From an uncultured Pseudomonadota bacterium (GTDB lineage: Bacteria > Vulcanimicrobiota > Vulcanimicrobiia > Eremiobacterales > Eremiobacteraceae), in the NCBI GenBank assembly GCA_963736005.1, contig CAVTNB010000001.1, positions 1,056,001 to 1,120,000 of the forward strand: DNA of 64,000 bases. Reading direction: 5' to 3'. Under the pieces are notes generated by a model. The model was not told the origin of the DNA. It ran no database searches and saw only the letters and a list, made by a program, of their open reading frames with translations. A program made the translations under genes and the position numbers. Of the stretch, positions 19,753 to 28,905 are shown one piece after another. Position 1 is the stretch's first letter. Each line of letters begins with the position of its first letter.

Positions 19753-21039
19753 TTAGGTTAGGACGGCGGAGACCGCCTCGTCGAGGCGATCCAACGCGCT
19801 CTCGAGATCTTCTTTGTCGATGATGAGCGGCACGAGCACTCGAATGATGTTGCGTTTCACACCGGCGGCCATGAGCAGCAATCCTCGACCGCGCGCTTCT
19901 TCGCCAATGCGCTGCACGATTGCAGACCCGGTCATCTTGCCATGGTCTTGGAATTCGAGCGCTCTCATTGCGCCGAGGCCGCGCACGTCCCCGATGGCGC
20001 GATGCTGCCGCTTGAGCTCGTTGAACCTGTGTTCGAGCCGCTTGCCGATTTCCACGGCGCGCTCGAGAAGATGGTCTTCCTCAATGATATCGAGGACAGC
20101 CAGCGCTGCTGCACATGCTAGCGGATTCCCCCCAAATGTTCCACCAAGTCCACCAGCGGTGGGAGCGTCCATGATCTCAGCCTTACCTATGACGCCCGCA
20201 ATGGGAAGCCCGTTGGCGATGCTCTTGGCTACTGTGATCAGGTCGGGCTCGACCTCCGCGTGCTCGATCGCGAACATCTTCCCGGTGCGCCCATAGCCTG
20301 ACTGAATCTCATCCGCAACCAGCACGATGCCGTGCTCCAGCGTGATCGCCCGCAGCGCCTTGAGGAACTCGATCGGAGCAGGCACAAACCCGCCTTCGCC
20401 AAGCACTGGCTCGATGACCATCGCAGCGATGCGATTGGGCGCGACTTCTGATTCGAACAGCTCGTTGAGCGCCTCGAGCGCCCTGCGAGCGCTCCAGCCA
20501 TGGAATTCGTAGGGATAAGGTACGTGGTAAACCTCGTTGGCGAAGGGCCCAAAATTTTGCTTGTATGGATTGTTCTCGCCCGTCATCGTGAGCGCCAACA
20601 ACGTTCGCCCGTGAAAACTATGATGAAACGCAACCACGGCCGGGCGCCCAGTGTGCATGCGGGCGATCTTGATCGCGTTCTCAACGGCCTCCGCGCCTGT
20701 GGTCACAAAGAATGTCTTCTTCTTCGACGGACCAGGCGCGAGCTTGTTCAAACGCTCCGCCAACTCCACATAGCCTTCGTACATTGCAACTTGGAAGCAC
20801 GTGTGCGTAAAGCGCTCGAGCTGTTCGGCCACGGCCTTGCGCACTTTGGGATGAGAGTGGCCGACATTGACCACCCCGATCCCGCCAACAAAATCGATGT
20901 ATTCCTTGCCGTCGACATCCCAAAGCTTCTCACCGAGCGCGCGGGCAGCAAAAATTGGATGCGTGTTCCCTACGCCTCGTGGAATTTCAGACGCGCGTAA
21001 ATCGAGCAGTGCCTTTGTTTGCGACGCCGCGAGGGCCAT
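19753..21039 (-). CDS. gabT: 4-aminobutyrate:2-oxoglutarate aminotransferase
   Basis: FTHTCFQV, TGAEAVENAIKIAR, EPVLGEGGF, ADEIQSG, GGLGGTFGGNP. Confidence 0.92.
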   Translation of the reverse strand: MALAASQTKALLDLRASEIPRGVGNTHPIFAARALGEKLWDVDGKEYIDFVGGIGVVNVGHSHPKVRKAVAEQLERFTHTCFQVAMYEGYVELAERLNKLAPGPSKKKTFFVTTGAEAVENAIKIARMHTGRPAVVAFHHSFHGRTLLALTMTGENNPYKQNFGPFANEVYHVPYPYEFHGWSARRALEALNELFESEVAPNRIAAMVIEPVLGEGGFVPAPIEFLKALRAITLEHGIVLVADEIQSGYGRTGKMFAIEHAEVEPDLITVAKSIANGLPIAGVIGKAEIMDAPTAGGLGGTFGGNPLACAAALAVLDIIEEDHLLERAVEIGKRLEHRFNELKRQHRAIGDVRGLGAMRALEFQDHGKMTGSAIVQRIGEEARGRGLLLMAAGVKRNIIRVLVPLIIDKEDLESALDRLDEAVSAVLT

Positions 21040-21056
21040 GGTCTACCTTTCGAACC

Positions 21057-21081
21057 GTCGCGAATAAATTCGCGACACTAC
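21057..21081 (-). repeat. REP family B in the gabT 5' leader
   Basis: GTCGCGAATAAATTCGCGAC-ACTAC. Confidence 0.8.
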
Positions 21082-21111
21082 ATTTTGGGCGTTAAATGGG
21101 GGTTCAATTAA

Positions 21112-21187
21112 AGTGTACCTGGTTGCGGGGGCAAAAACTATGTAAGTAGAATACAAAAATAGCACCGATATTCATATGGGATTACAA
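21112..21187 (-). promoter_or_regulatory. gabT promoter: putative PucR-family operator(s) and -10 TACACT
   Basis: Minus strand TTGT-ATTCTACTT-ACAT (21156-21140), 22-bp gap, TACACT (21117-21112); weaker site TTGT-N9-TGAA 31 bp upstream. Confidence 0.7.
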
Positions 21188-21189
21188 GA

Positions 21190-22791
21190 ATGACCGTTCG
21201 CGAGGCTCTAACCCTGAATTCCCTCGCTTCAGCCAAGGTTGTAGCTGGGCAAGATGGCTTGGGGCGGGACGTCCAGTGGGCTCACGTGGTCGACATGCCG
21301 GATCCTGCGCCTTGGGTGAGGCCTGGTCAGTTGTTGCTCACGACTGGATTTGCATGGCCAACGCAAGAGCGCGAGGTAACGTCGCTGGTTCGGCTTTTGT
21401 GCAATCGAGGACTCGCAGCCGTGGGCCTCGCGGTGCCGGGCTATCTCAAGAAATTTCCCGACACGGCCCGTGAGGAAGCTGACAAACTTAGTCTTCCCTT
21501 GATCGAGATTCCCTTTGAAGTACCCTTCGCGCAGATCACCGAGGAACTGCACCGCACGATTCTAGCCGAACAATACAAGATTATCGAGCGTTCGGAGCAG
21601 ATCCACCGGACGTTGACCCGCGCTGCGGCAGAGGGTAGCAATCTGAGCGATCTCGCGCGCACGCTTGGGGAATTGCTCGATCGTTCCGTTACTCTTGAAG
21701 ATCCCGAAGGCAAGCTGTTGGCGTCCTACTCGACCGAGGACGATGCAAAAGATGCAATCCGTCGCCAAACCCTAGACGATAAACAAACTCCGGCTCATCT
21801 CACCCAGGCATTAGAGGCGGCAGGGATGATGGACGACATCCGCGCGAGCACCGGTCCCTTGCGCATTGCGGCGATGCCCGATCTTGGTTTGGGAGCTCGT
21901 GTGGTCTGCCCCATCAGGCTGGGCTCCGAACTTATCGGTCTCGTGTGGATCATCGAGGGCGAGAAGAAACTCTCCGAACTTGACTTTCGCGCAGCCGAGC
22001 ACGCGGCGCTTGTGGCCGCCGTCCACGTGGCGCACCAGCGCGAACTGGCGATGACGGAAGCCCGCTTGGGCTATGCATCCTTTCTGTCACTGCTCGAGGC
22101 TGAAGATGACGACCCTCAAGCCATTGAACGGGCAAGGCTCGTCGGGTTTGACCCAGATGGGAGCCACCGCGTGGGCATCTGTGTGATCGCCGAGCCGCTC
22201 CCCCTCACCCGCGATGGATTTCTGCACCGAGAACGTGTGGCAAACCAGCTTGCCCGCATGTTGCGCAGCACGGGTACGAAACCGCTCCTCACCGCGTCAC
22301 TCAACCATGTTACCTTCCTGTTGCCCGAAGGGGTGGACGAAGGTTCCCTGTGGTCCGGCCTGGGCGATCCCTCAGTGCGCATGGTGCTTGGCCGCTCCCA
22401 CCCGGGGACCGCCGGGGCCAGGCGCAGCTATCGCGAAGCACGGTCTCTTTTAAGTTACACGGATGGCTCCACCGTTCGCATGTTTGAAGACGCGCTGGTT
22501 CCTCGGGTTTTGATGGGAGACGCAAGCGCCCACGAGGCGTTCATCGATCATATTTTTGGGCCGCTGCAGAAACGCAAAGATGGTGCCATGCTGCAGTCTG
22601 TCTTGCTGGCGCTCGCGAAGCACGGCTTCGCTTTAAAGACGACGTCTGAGGCGCTTGGCATCCACCAAAATACGCTACGCTACCGACTCGGCAAGGCACT
22701 GGAGGTTTTGCGCGTCGACCTTGACGACCCAGAGGCTCGTTTTCAGCTTCAATTGGCCGCCAGAATTTTGGATTTTTCGAATAAGAAATAA
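21190..22791 (+). CDS. PucR-family transcriptional regulator
   Basis: N-terminal WAHVVDMPDPAPWVRPGQLLLTTG; central GAF-like region; C-terminal HTH LGIHQNTLRYRL. Confidence 0.92.
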   Translation: MTVREALTLNSLASAKVVAGQDGLGRDVQWAHVVDMPDPAPWVRPGQLLLTTGFAWPTQEREVTSLVRLLCNRGLAAVGLAVPGYLKKFPDTAREEADKLSLPLIEIPFEVPFAQITEELHRTILAEQYKIIERSEQIHRTLTRAAAEGSNLSDLARTLGELLDRSVTLEDPEGKLLASYSTEDDAKDAIRRQTLDDKQTPAHLTQALEAAGMMDDIRASTGPLRIAAMPDLGLGARVVCPIRLGSELIGLVWIIEGEKKLSELDFRAAEHAALVAAVHVAHQRELAMTEARLGYASFLSLLEAEDDDPQAIERARLVGFDPDGSHRVGICVIAEPLPLTRDGFLHRERVANQLARMLRSTGTKPLLTASLNHVTFLLPEGVDEGSLWSGLGDPSVRMVLGRSHPGTAGARRSYREARSLLSYTDGSTVRMFEDALVPRVLMGDASAHEAFIDHIFGPLQKRKDGAMLQSVLLALAKHGFALKTTSEALGIHQNTLRYRLGKALEVLRVDLDDPEARFQLQLAARILDFSNKK

Positions 22792-22844
22792 CAGGTAAAT
22801 TGTCCGGCAGATACATAGTCTTAACGACCTGTTAAGAGTACACT
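22768..22844 (+). promoter_or_regulatory. TonB-dependent receptor promoter: putative PucR-family operator(s) and -10 TACACT
   Basis: TTGT-CCGGCAGAT-ACAT (22800-22816), 22-bp gap, TACACT (22839-22844); weaker TTGG-N9-ATAA at 22768-22784. Confidence 0.7.
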
Positions 22845-22862
22845 GGTTGGGGCGGTAGAGGA

Positions 22863-22886
22863 GCGGATCTAAAGGTCCGCTGCTAC
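22863..22886 (-). repeat. REP family C in the receptor 5' leader
   Basis: GCGGATC-TAAA-GGTCCGCTG-CTAC. Confidence 0.8.
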
Positions 22887-22930
22887 ACTAGATTTCTTAG
22901 CGTTCGTTGCGTTCTAAGGGAGATGAGCCT

Positions 22931-25900
22931 GTGTCGCTTCGCAAGCTAGCGGTTGTCGCATTTGCCATCGCGTTGTTCGGATTGTCGGCGCTTCCCGGCT
23001 CCGCTGGAACCACCGGTGGTATTCACGGAAGGGTGGCTGACATTACTAGCGGGCAACCCATTGCCGGGGCAGATGTCACCGCAGCGTCTCCGTCGCAAAC
23101 TGAAACGCGGTCGACCGACAGCTTGGGGTACTACGCGTTCATTTCGCTGGCGCCCGACACGTATACCGTCACCGCGAAAAAGGATGGCTACACGCTCGAG
23201 CAAGTTCCCGGCGTCACGGTCATCTCCGACCAGAACCGCGCGGTTGATATCAAGATGCAGTCAGCGCTCAAGACGATTGCACGCGTCGCAATTCGGGCGA
23301 CCGGAGGCCTCGTTCGCTCAGGCGTCGTGAGCGACGTTTATTCCATCAACGCAGCCCAGCAAAAAGTGGCTGCTCCCCTCGGTGGGGCTGGAGCGTTGAA
23401 CCAATCCTACGGGGCCATCGCGAGCGCGCCGGGCGTCAACTACGATCAAGGCCAGCAGGGCTGGTACCAAAATGTTTATATCCGCGGTGGAGACATCGAT
23501 CAAGTTGCCTATGAGTTCGATGGCGTTCCGGTCATTCGCGAATCTGACCAAGGCGCGGTCACGACACTGACGAGCTTGGGGCAAGCGGAGGTACAGGTGT
23601 ACACAGGCGGCACTCCCGCCTCTGCCGATGCACCGGGCCTCGCAGGCTACATCAACCAAGTTGTCAAGAGCGGCTCCTACCCAGGGTATGCAAGTTTCAC
23701 TGGCGGCATCGGTGGGCCGACGCTCTACAATAAGGGCACCTTGGAAGTAGGAGGCGCAACCCCAGATCGGCGTTTCTCATACTACGTGGGCACGCAACTC
23801 GTCGCGCAGGATTACCGCTTTGGCGACCAGTTCAACGGCGCGAGCAACCCGCTTTTTTTCTATCCGATCGGGATCGGGAATCAGTTTCCGCCTCCCGCAG
23901 GCCCGTTTGCAGCAATCCCAACTCCGTTAAACACCGCCGTCTGGGACGGGTCCTCCCAGTGGTTGTTCGGGCCGGGCACTGCAAACGCGATCGCGAGTGT
24001 CGGCGATCAGGAAACGATTGCTAACTTCCATTTTGGGCTGCCACACCGTCACGACTCGAGCACAGACGACATCCAGCTGCTCTACGATAACAGCCTGATC
24101 GTCCAAAAGTTCTATGGATCGGCGTTCGATCAGGGCCTTCCCGCAATTGTGGCTGAGAACGGAGCGCCACTAGGTTACTTTGATGGCTATGCCTACAACG
24201 GGCAAGTGTTCGCGCCGCCCGTGGCTGGACTCGTGGGGCCAGACTTATTCCCGAATTCGCCGCAAAATCGTGCGCAGTTTTCGCAACTGCCAATCCTAGA
24301 GCGTGAGGGCTCCCAAAATGGTGTTGCGCTCAGCAAGTTTCAGTACCAACGCAATATTAATGAGAGATCTTATCTGCGCTTTGACGCATATACGGACTAT
24401 GCAACCTGGTTCATCAGCGGGCCGGTGAGCGCCAATTTGCCTTTCGGGGGCCAGCTCCCGGACTACGAGGTGAACGAGCATAAATATGGCGGCAAGCTCG
24501 ACTACTCGAATCAGCTCAACGACAAGAATCTCCTCGAGCTTACCGCTTCGTATCTTACCGCACATCTCGAGACGTTCTCGGGTCAGTTCGGCACATTCTT
24601 GGATTACGCGGAGCCTACATCAAATCTCGTCGATGCACGTGGCAATTGCTACGATTTCACAACAGGGAATTTTGCGGATTGTTTTCCACAGTTGGCGCCC
24701 GCTGGCTATCCGAACCCGACATCGCAGGGCTGCTTCAATCCTGTGCTTGGATGCACGGGGCTTGTTCCGGGGATGCCGCCGCCGGGCAGCCCGGCAGCAA
24801 ACAACAGCGCACGCTGGCTCGTCACCGAACCTGGGCCCAAAGCGCAGATCGACACAGTCAAGCCGTATTTCTCAGGCTTCTCCGCCAACGATCAGTGGCG
24901 ACCGAACGACAAGCTGACGATGAATATCGGTGCGCGAGTCGATCTTTTCGACTACCGGCTCGACGACTTGGTCGACGGCTATCCTGCGCGCGCCTTCTGG
25001 TACGCCGCGTACAACCGCGAGAATTGTTTTGGCCCCGGCTTCAACGCGCCGTACCTGGGTGCGCTGAACGCAGCAACCGGCGCTTTTGCGTGCAATCTCG
25101 GTGGCACGCACACGAACCTGCAAAATTTCGGCGGAGGTACGATCTCGGAACGAATCTGGCAGCCCCGCTTCGGCGCAACGTATTCGGTCAATCCCGACCT
25201 GGTCTTGCGCGCGACCTACGGACGGTACGCACGACCAGCTGCCACCTCGTATCAAGAGTACAACGTCATTCAGCAAGACTCGCCACAGTTTATCAGTACT
25301 TTCCTCAACATGGGTTACAATACGCCCATCCACTACCTGCACGCAGATACGGCGAACAACTTCGATTTCTCAGTCGAAAAGCGTCTGCATGGTACCGATA
25401 TGTCGTTCAAGTTGACGCCATATTATCGCACCACGCAGGGGCAAATTCAGTTCTTGTCTTTGAACGCGCAAGGCGTGTTAGCCGGTGTGAATGCGGGGCA
25501 GCAAAACTCGTACGGAGTAGAGTTCGCGTTCGACAAAGGCAACTTTTCGACTGACGGATTTGCGATGCAGGCCTCGCTCACGTATCTCAACAGCACGATC
25601 AAGTACGGCCCCCAACCGAACGGCCAAAATGTCATCGACCTCTTGAACAACTTCATCGAACAATACAATTCGTTCACGTCCGCATGCGTGACGCCAAACC
25701 CGACAATTTGCGGCGCCTTTGGCGCGAACAACGCACACCCAACCTTTACCAACGGGACGACTGGCGTGGTGACAACCAATCCGTACTACAACCTAGCACC
25801 GCAGCCACTATTCGATCGCAACGCGCGCTACACGACCTACAGCACGATCCCGGCACCTTTCAATAATGCCAACAGTTTTGCGACCCCATTCGCGACCTCG

Positions 25901-26437
25901 CTGATCCTCAACTACAAGCATCAAAAGTGGTCGGTGACACCAAGCTTTACCTACAGCATTGGGGCATCGTATGGGTCGCCGCTCGTGTGGCCCGGGTACG
26001 ATCCAAGCTCGTGTGGCAACGTTTCCGCCGTCTCGCAACCAGCTCCAGACCTAACGCCAATGGGTTGCGCGAGCTCTATCTTCATACCAGATAAGTATAC
26101 AGGTCACTTTGATGCTCTCGGCGCCTTCCAACAGCCGTCACGGCTAACAGCAAACCTTGCCATTGGTCTGCACGTAAGCGATCGCATTGATGCGACGCTC
26201 ACCGGTTCGAGCTTGATCGATCGCTGCTGGCAGCGTGGCTTCCCATGGGATTCTCAAACGACGTGCGTCTATGGCCAACTCGCGTCGAACTTGCTTGCAC
26301 CGGCGGGCAACTTCGTGGCCAATCCGCCAATCCAGCTGGCTTACCCGTATGGCAGTTGGTACAATAATACAGAAATCGGCCAAGAGGGGCAGAAGTCGCC
26401 CACTACTTGGTCGCTGGAAACGACGTTTAAGCTCTAG
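22931..26437 (+). CDS. TonB-dependent receptor-like outer-membrane protein with an N-terminal carboxypeptidase-regulatory-like domain
   Basis: Signal peptide; GTTGGIHGRV...LAPDTYTVTAKKDGY; plug-like YIRGG...YEFDGVP...GYINQVVKSG; barrel motifs NDQWRPND and QPRFGATY; C-terminal TFKL; GTG start assumed. Confidence 0.85.
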   Translation: MSLRKLAVVAFAIALFGLSALPGSAGTTGGIHGRVADITSGQPIAGADVTAASPSQTETRSTDSLGYYAFISLAPDTYTVTAKKDGYTLEQVPGVTVISDQNRAVDIKMQSALKTIARVAIRATGGLVRSGVVSDVYSINAAQQKVAAPLGGAGALNQSYGAIASAPGVNYDQGQQGWYQNVYIRGGDIDQVAYEFDGVPVIRESDQGAVTTLTSLGQAEVQVYTGGTPASADAPGLAGYINQVVKSGSYPGYASFTGGIGGPTLYNKGTLEVGGATPDRRFSYYVGTQLVAQDYRFGDQFNGASNPLFFYPIGIGNQFPPPAGPFAAIPTPLNTAVWDGSSQWLFGPGTANAIASVGDQETIANFHFGLPHRHDSSTDDIQLLYDNSLIVQKFYGSAFDQGLPAIVAENGAPLGYFDGYAYNGQVFAPPVAGLVGPDLFPNSPQNRAQFSQLPILEREGSQNGVALSKFQYQRNINERSYLRFDAYTDYATWFISGPVSANLPFGGQLPDYEVNEHKYGGKLDYSNQLNDKNLLELTASYLTAHLETFSGQFGTFLDYAEPTSNLVDARGNCYDFTTGNFADCFPQLAPAGYPNPTSQGCFNPVLGCTGLVPGMPPPGSPAANNSARWLVTEPGPKAQIDTVKPYFSGFSANDQWRPNDKLTMNIGARVDLFDYRLDDLVDGYPARAFWYAAYNRENCFGPGFNAPYLGALNAATGAFACNLGGTHTNLQNFGGGTISERIWQPRFGATYSVNPDLVLRATYGRYARPAATSYQEYNVIQQDSPQFISTFLNMGYNTPIHYLHADTANNFDFSVEKRLHGTDMSFKLTPYYRTTQGQIQFLSLNAQGVLAGVNAGQQNSYGVEFAFDKGNFSTDGFAMQASLTYLNSTIKYGPQPNGQNVIDLLNNFIEQYNSFTSACVTPNPTICGAFGANNAHPTFTNGTTGVVTTNPYYNLAPQPLFDRNARYTTYSTIPAPFNNANSFATPFATSLILNYKHQKWSVTPSFTYSIGASYGSPLVWPGYDPSSCGNVSAVSQPAPDLTPMGCASSIFIPDKYTGHFDALGAFQQPSRLTANLAIGLHVSDRIDATLTGSSLIDRCWQRGFPWDSQTTCVYGQLASNLLAPAGNFVANPPIQLAYPYGSWYNNTEIGQEGQKSPTTWSLETTFKL

Positions 26438-26446
26438 TCGCGCTAC

Positions 26447-26498
26447 GTAGCGGGCGACTGTAAAGTCGCCCTCGTCGTTGCGCGAATTTGTTCGCGCA
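26447..26498 (+). repeat. GTAG REP variant (26447-26471) and family B copy (26479-26498), minority orientation
   Basis: GTAG-C-GGGCGAC-TGTAAA-GTCGCCC and TGCGCGAATTTGTTCGCGCA. Confidence 0.75.
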
Positions 26499-26512
26499 CG
26501 TGAGGAGGCTCC

Positions 26513-28138
26513 ATGGCGCGCACCGCCTTGACGAATTTGTTCCAACGCCTGCACGCCGTGCACGCAGAGGCAGCGCATTCTGGTTTAGCGGTGGACGCGG
26601 TCGACGAGCTCCAGCGCACCCGGCGGCTGCGGCGTGCCGAGTTTCTTGCGGGCGCGGCGAGCGCCGGGGCCACACTTCTGGCTGCCTGCTCGTCGAAGCC
26701 CGCGCAGACTGTCATGAAGTCGGCGGGTGCACCACGAATTCTCATCATCGGAGGCGGTCTCGCCGGTGCGTCCTGCGCATATCGGTTGTGGAAAGCCGGC
26801 GTGCCCTTTACGCTGTGCGAAGCCAACTCAGCGTTTGGCGGACGCACGTGGACGTTGCGCAATTTCTTTGACGCCGGGCAGCTGGTCGAGCACGGCGGTG
26901 AGTTCGTATCGAGCGAGCACACCGCTTTGCGCGACTTGTGCGCCGAGCTTGACCTTCCGCTTGAGGATCTGCGCGCCGCGCAGCCACGGGATACCGAAGA
27001 AATTTACTATGTACGCGGCGAGAAGTATACGTGGTCGGAGATGCTGCGCGACTACGCGCCGATCTATCCCTCCATTGCAAATGCGGCCAAAGCGGCCCCG
27101 TTTCCCACGCTCTATAACCACTACACGCCGGCTGGTCTTCGCTACGATCGCATGTCGGCGCGCGAATTCATCGTCTCGACGATTCCCGGTGGTCTTAACT
27201 CGAGAATCGGTTGGTTGATGGACCTCAACGTCACAACCGAGAACGGCGGAGACTCAACCGACCAGAGCTCGCTCGAATACATCTACATGCTCGGGTACAT
27301 GCAAGCCCTGACCGGCCACAAACATCAGGCATTCTATTTGGTTGGCACCGACGAGCGCTATCACGTGATCGGAGGCAACGATCAAGTGGTCGGCACGATG
27401 ATCAAGCGCTTACCCCAGGCTAGCCTGTTTCCCAATCATGCTCTCGTCTCGCTCGTCCGGCGATCCGACGGCTCGTACACTGCCACGTTCAAATCTGCAC
27501 TGCAAACGACCGAGTTGCACGCAGATCATGTAGTGCTGGCGTTGCCCTTCACAACGCTGCGCAACTGTGATGTTGCGCGAGCAGGCTTTGAGCCCCGCAA
27601 GATCATGTCGATCGACAAACTGGGCATGGGGACGAACACAAAGATGCACGTGCAATTTCGCAATCGCCTCTGGTACACGCTCGGCTACAACGGCTACACC
27701 TATGCCGATAAGGATTTCCAACAGACATGGGAGGCTTCACGCCACCAAGCGGGTGAGGCGGGCATTCTGACGAGCTATTACGGAGGGTCGTGGGGAGCAA
27801 GCTTCAAAGCGCCGTCGTTTGGGCCGGCCTCTCCCCCATACGTCAACGAATTTCTCACCGGTCTCGAACCGATTTATCCGGGGAGCAGCAAAGCCCAAAA
27901 TGGCAAAGCGTACATGGACTACTGGACCGGCGATCCATGGCATCATGGATCGTACTCGTACGGGCGGGTTGGACAATATACAACGTTCATCGGCATCGAA
28001 CCGGTGCGCCAAGGCAACGTGCACTTCTGCGGCGAGCACTGCTCGATTAATTTTGGCGGCTTTATGAACGGTGCGGTGGAAACAGGTCAACGCGTTGCAG
28101 CGGTCATCGCCAAGGAAGTCGGCGCGCAAGCTGCGTGA
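26513..28138 (+). CDS. Flavin monoamine/polyamine oxidase family protein with a Tat-like/lipoprotein leader
   Basis: IIGGGLAG...EA...GGR, EHGGEF, HFCGEH...GFMNGAVETG; leader RRAEFLAG...LLAAC; GAGGAGG RBS. Confidence 0.9.
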   Translation: MARTALTNLFQRLHAVHAEAAHSGLAVDAVDELQRTRRLRRAEFLAGAASAGATLLAACSSKPAQTVMKSAGAPRILIIGGGLAGASCAYRLWKAGVPFTLCEANSAFGGRTWTLRNFFDAGQLVEHGGEFVSSEHTALRDLCAELDLPLEDLRAAQPRDTEEIYYVRGEKYTWSEMLRDYAPIYPSIANAAKAAPFPTLYNHYTPAGLRYDRMSAREFIVSTIPGGLNSRIGWLMDLNVTTENGGDSTDQSSLEYIYMLGYMQALTGHKHQAFYLVGTDERYHVIGGNDQVVGTMIKRLPQASLFPNHALVSLVRRSDGSYTATFKSALQTTELHADHVVLALPFTTLRNCDVARAGFEPRKIMSIDKLGMGTNTKMHVQFRNRLWYTLGYNGYTYADKDFQQTWEASRHQAGEAGILTSYYGGSWGASFKAPSFGPASPPYVNEFLTGLEPIYPGSSKAQNGKAYMDYWTGDPWHHGSYSYGRVGQYTTFIGIEPVRQGNVHFCGEHCSINFGGFMNGAVETGQRVAAVIAKEVGAQAA

Positions 28139-28140
28139 CG

Positions 28141-28167
28141 AGGGGCGATTTTCCAATCGCCCCCTAC
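28141..28167 (-). repeat. REP family A; its GTAG contains the pepE stop
   Basis: AGGGGCGATT-TTCC-AATCGCCCC-CTAC. Confidence 0.9.
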
Positions 28168-28868
28168 AAGAGGATCTCTGGCTTGATCGATTCTTCTATG
28201 AGTTTGCCGGTGTGCAGGCGCAAACGGTACGCTCGCGCGCGCTGACGTGAGGTAACGATCCGTTCCAAGCGGTCATCGCGGTAGACAAGGGCAACGTTGT
28301 CGTCGGCAGCATAACCTCCAGGCAATCTACCTGACCTCACAAGCTGCCGGTACACCGGACGGCGCTTTGGCTCGCTGTCGTAATGCGGACAGAAACTCCC
28401 TCGTAAAAAGCCAAGACATCGCAGTGGCGCGTAACGACCAGGATACGAATCAGTCACCCCGCCTGAAAACCAGCACAACCCACCCGCGCTTTGACCCGCA
28501 AGCACAATGCCTCGCTCGTAGGCGGTGCGCATCGCCACGTCCAGACCCCACGCTTTCCAGAGGATCAACAAATTGCGTGTGTTACCCCCGCCGACATAGA
28601 TGACATCGTGCTTGAGAACAAATGAATGCAACGGCTCGAGTGGCTGCGCGTACAGGGAGAGGTGAGAAGGTTTTGCTCCGAGCTTCTTGGCCATTTTGTA
28701 GAACGTCGCGATGACGGTTTCCGAGTCTCCGACGGCGGTAGCGACACAGCACACGCGGGGTGACTCGCGCCCGGATTGCTCGAGCACGTATGCACACAAT
28801 GTTGGGTCAGGCTTCGTCGTGGAGAAGCCCCCGCCACCAATCGCGATAATGGTTCTTGCACGGCGCAT
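28164..28868 (-). CDS. pepE: Peptidase E (family S51)
   Basis: IAIGGGG, YVGGGNT, GQSAG nucleophile, SFCPHY. Confidence 0.88.
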   Translation of the reverse strand: MRRARTIIAIGGGGFSTTKPDPTLCAYVLEQSGRESPRVCCVATAVGDSETVIATFYKMAKKLGAKPSHLSLYAQPLEPLHSFVLKHDVIYVGGGNTRNLLILWKAWGLDVAMRTAYERGIVLAGQSAGGLCWFSGGVTDSYPGRYAPLRCLGFLRGSFCPHYDSEPKRRPVYRQLVRSGRLPGGYAADDNVALVYRDDRLERIVTSRQRARAYRLRLHTGKLIEESIKPEILL

Positions 28869-28895
28869 GGAATTCGATACGATAGGCGAATTCCA
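28868..28895. promoter_or_regulatory. Perfect 9-bp inverted repeat between divergent pepE and GNAT genes
   Basis: TGGAATTCG-N10-CGAATTCCA. Confidence 0.55.
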
Positions 28896-28905
28896 AGCTC
28901 CGCTT

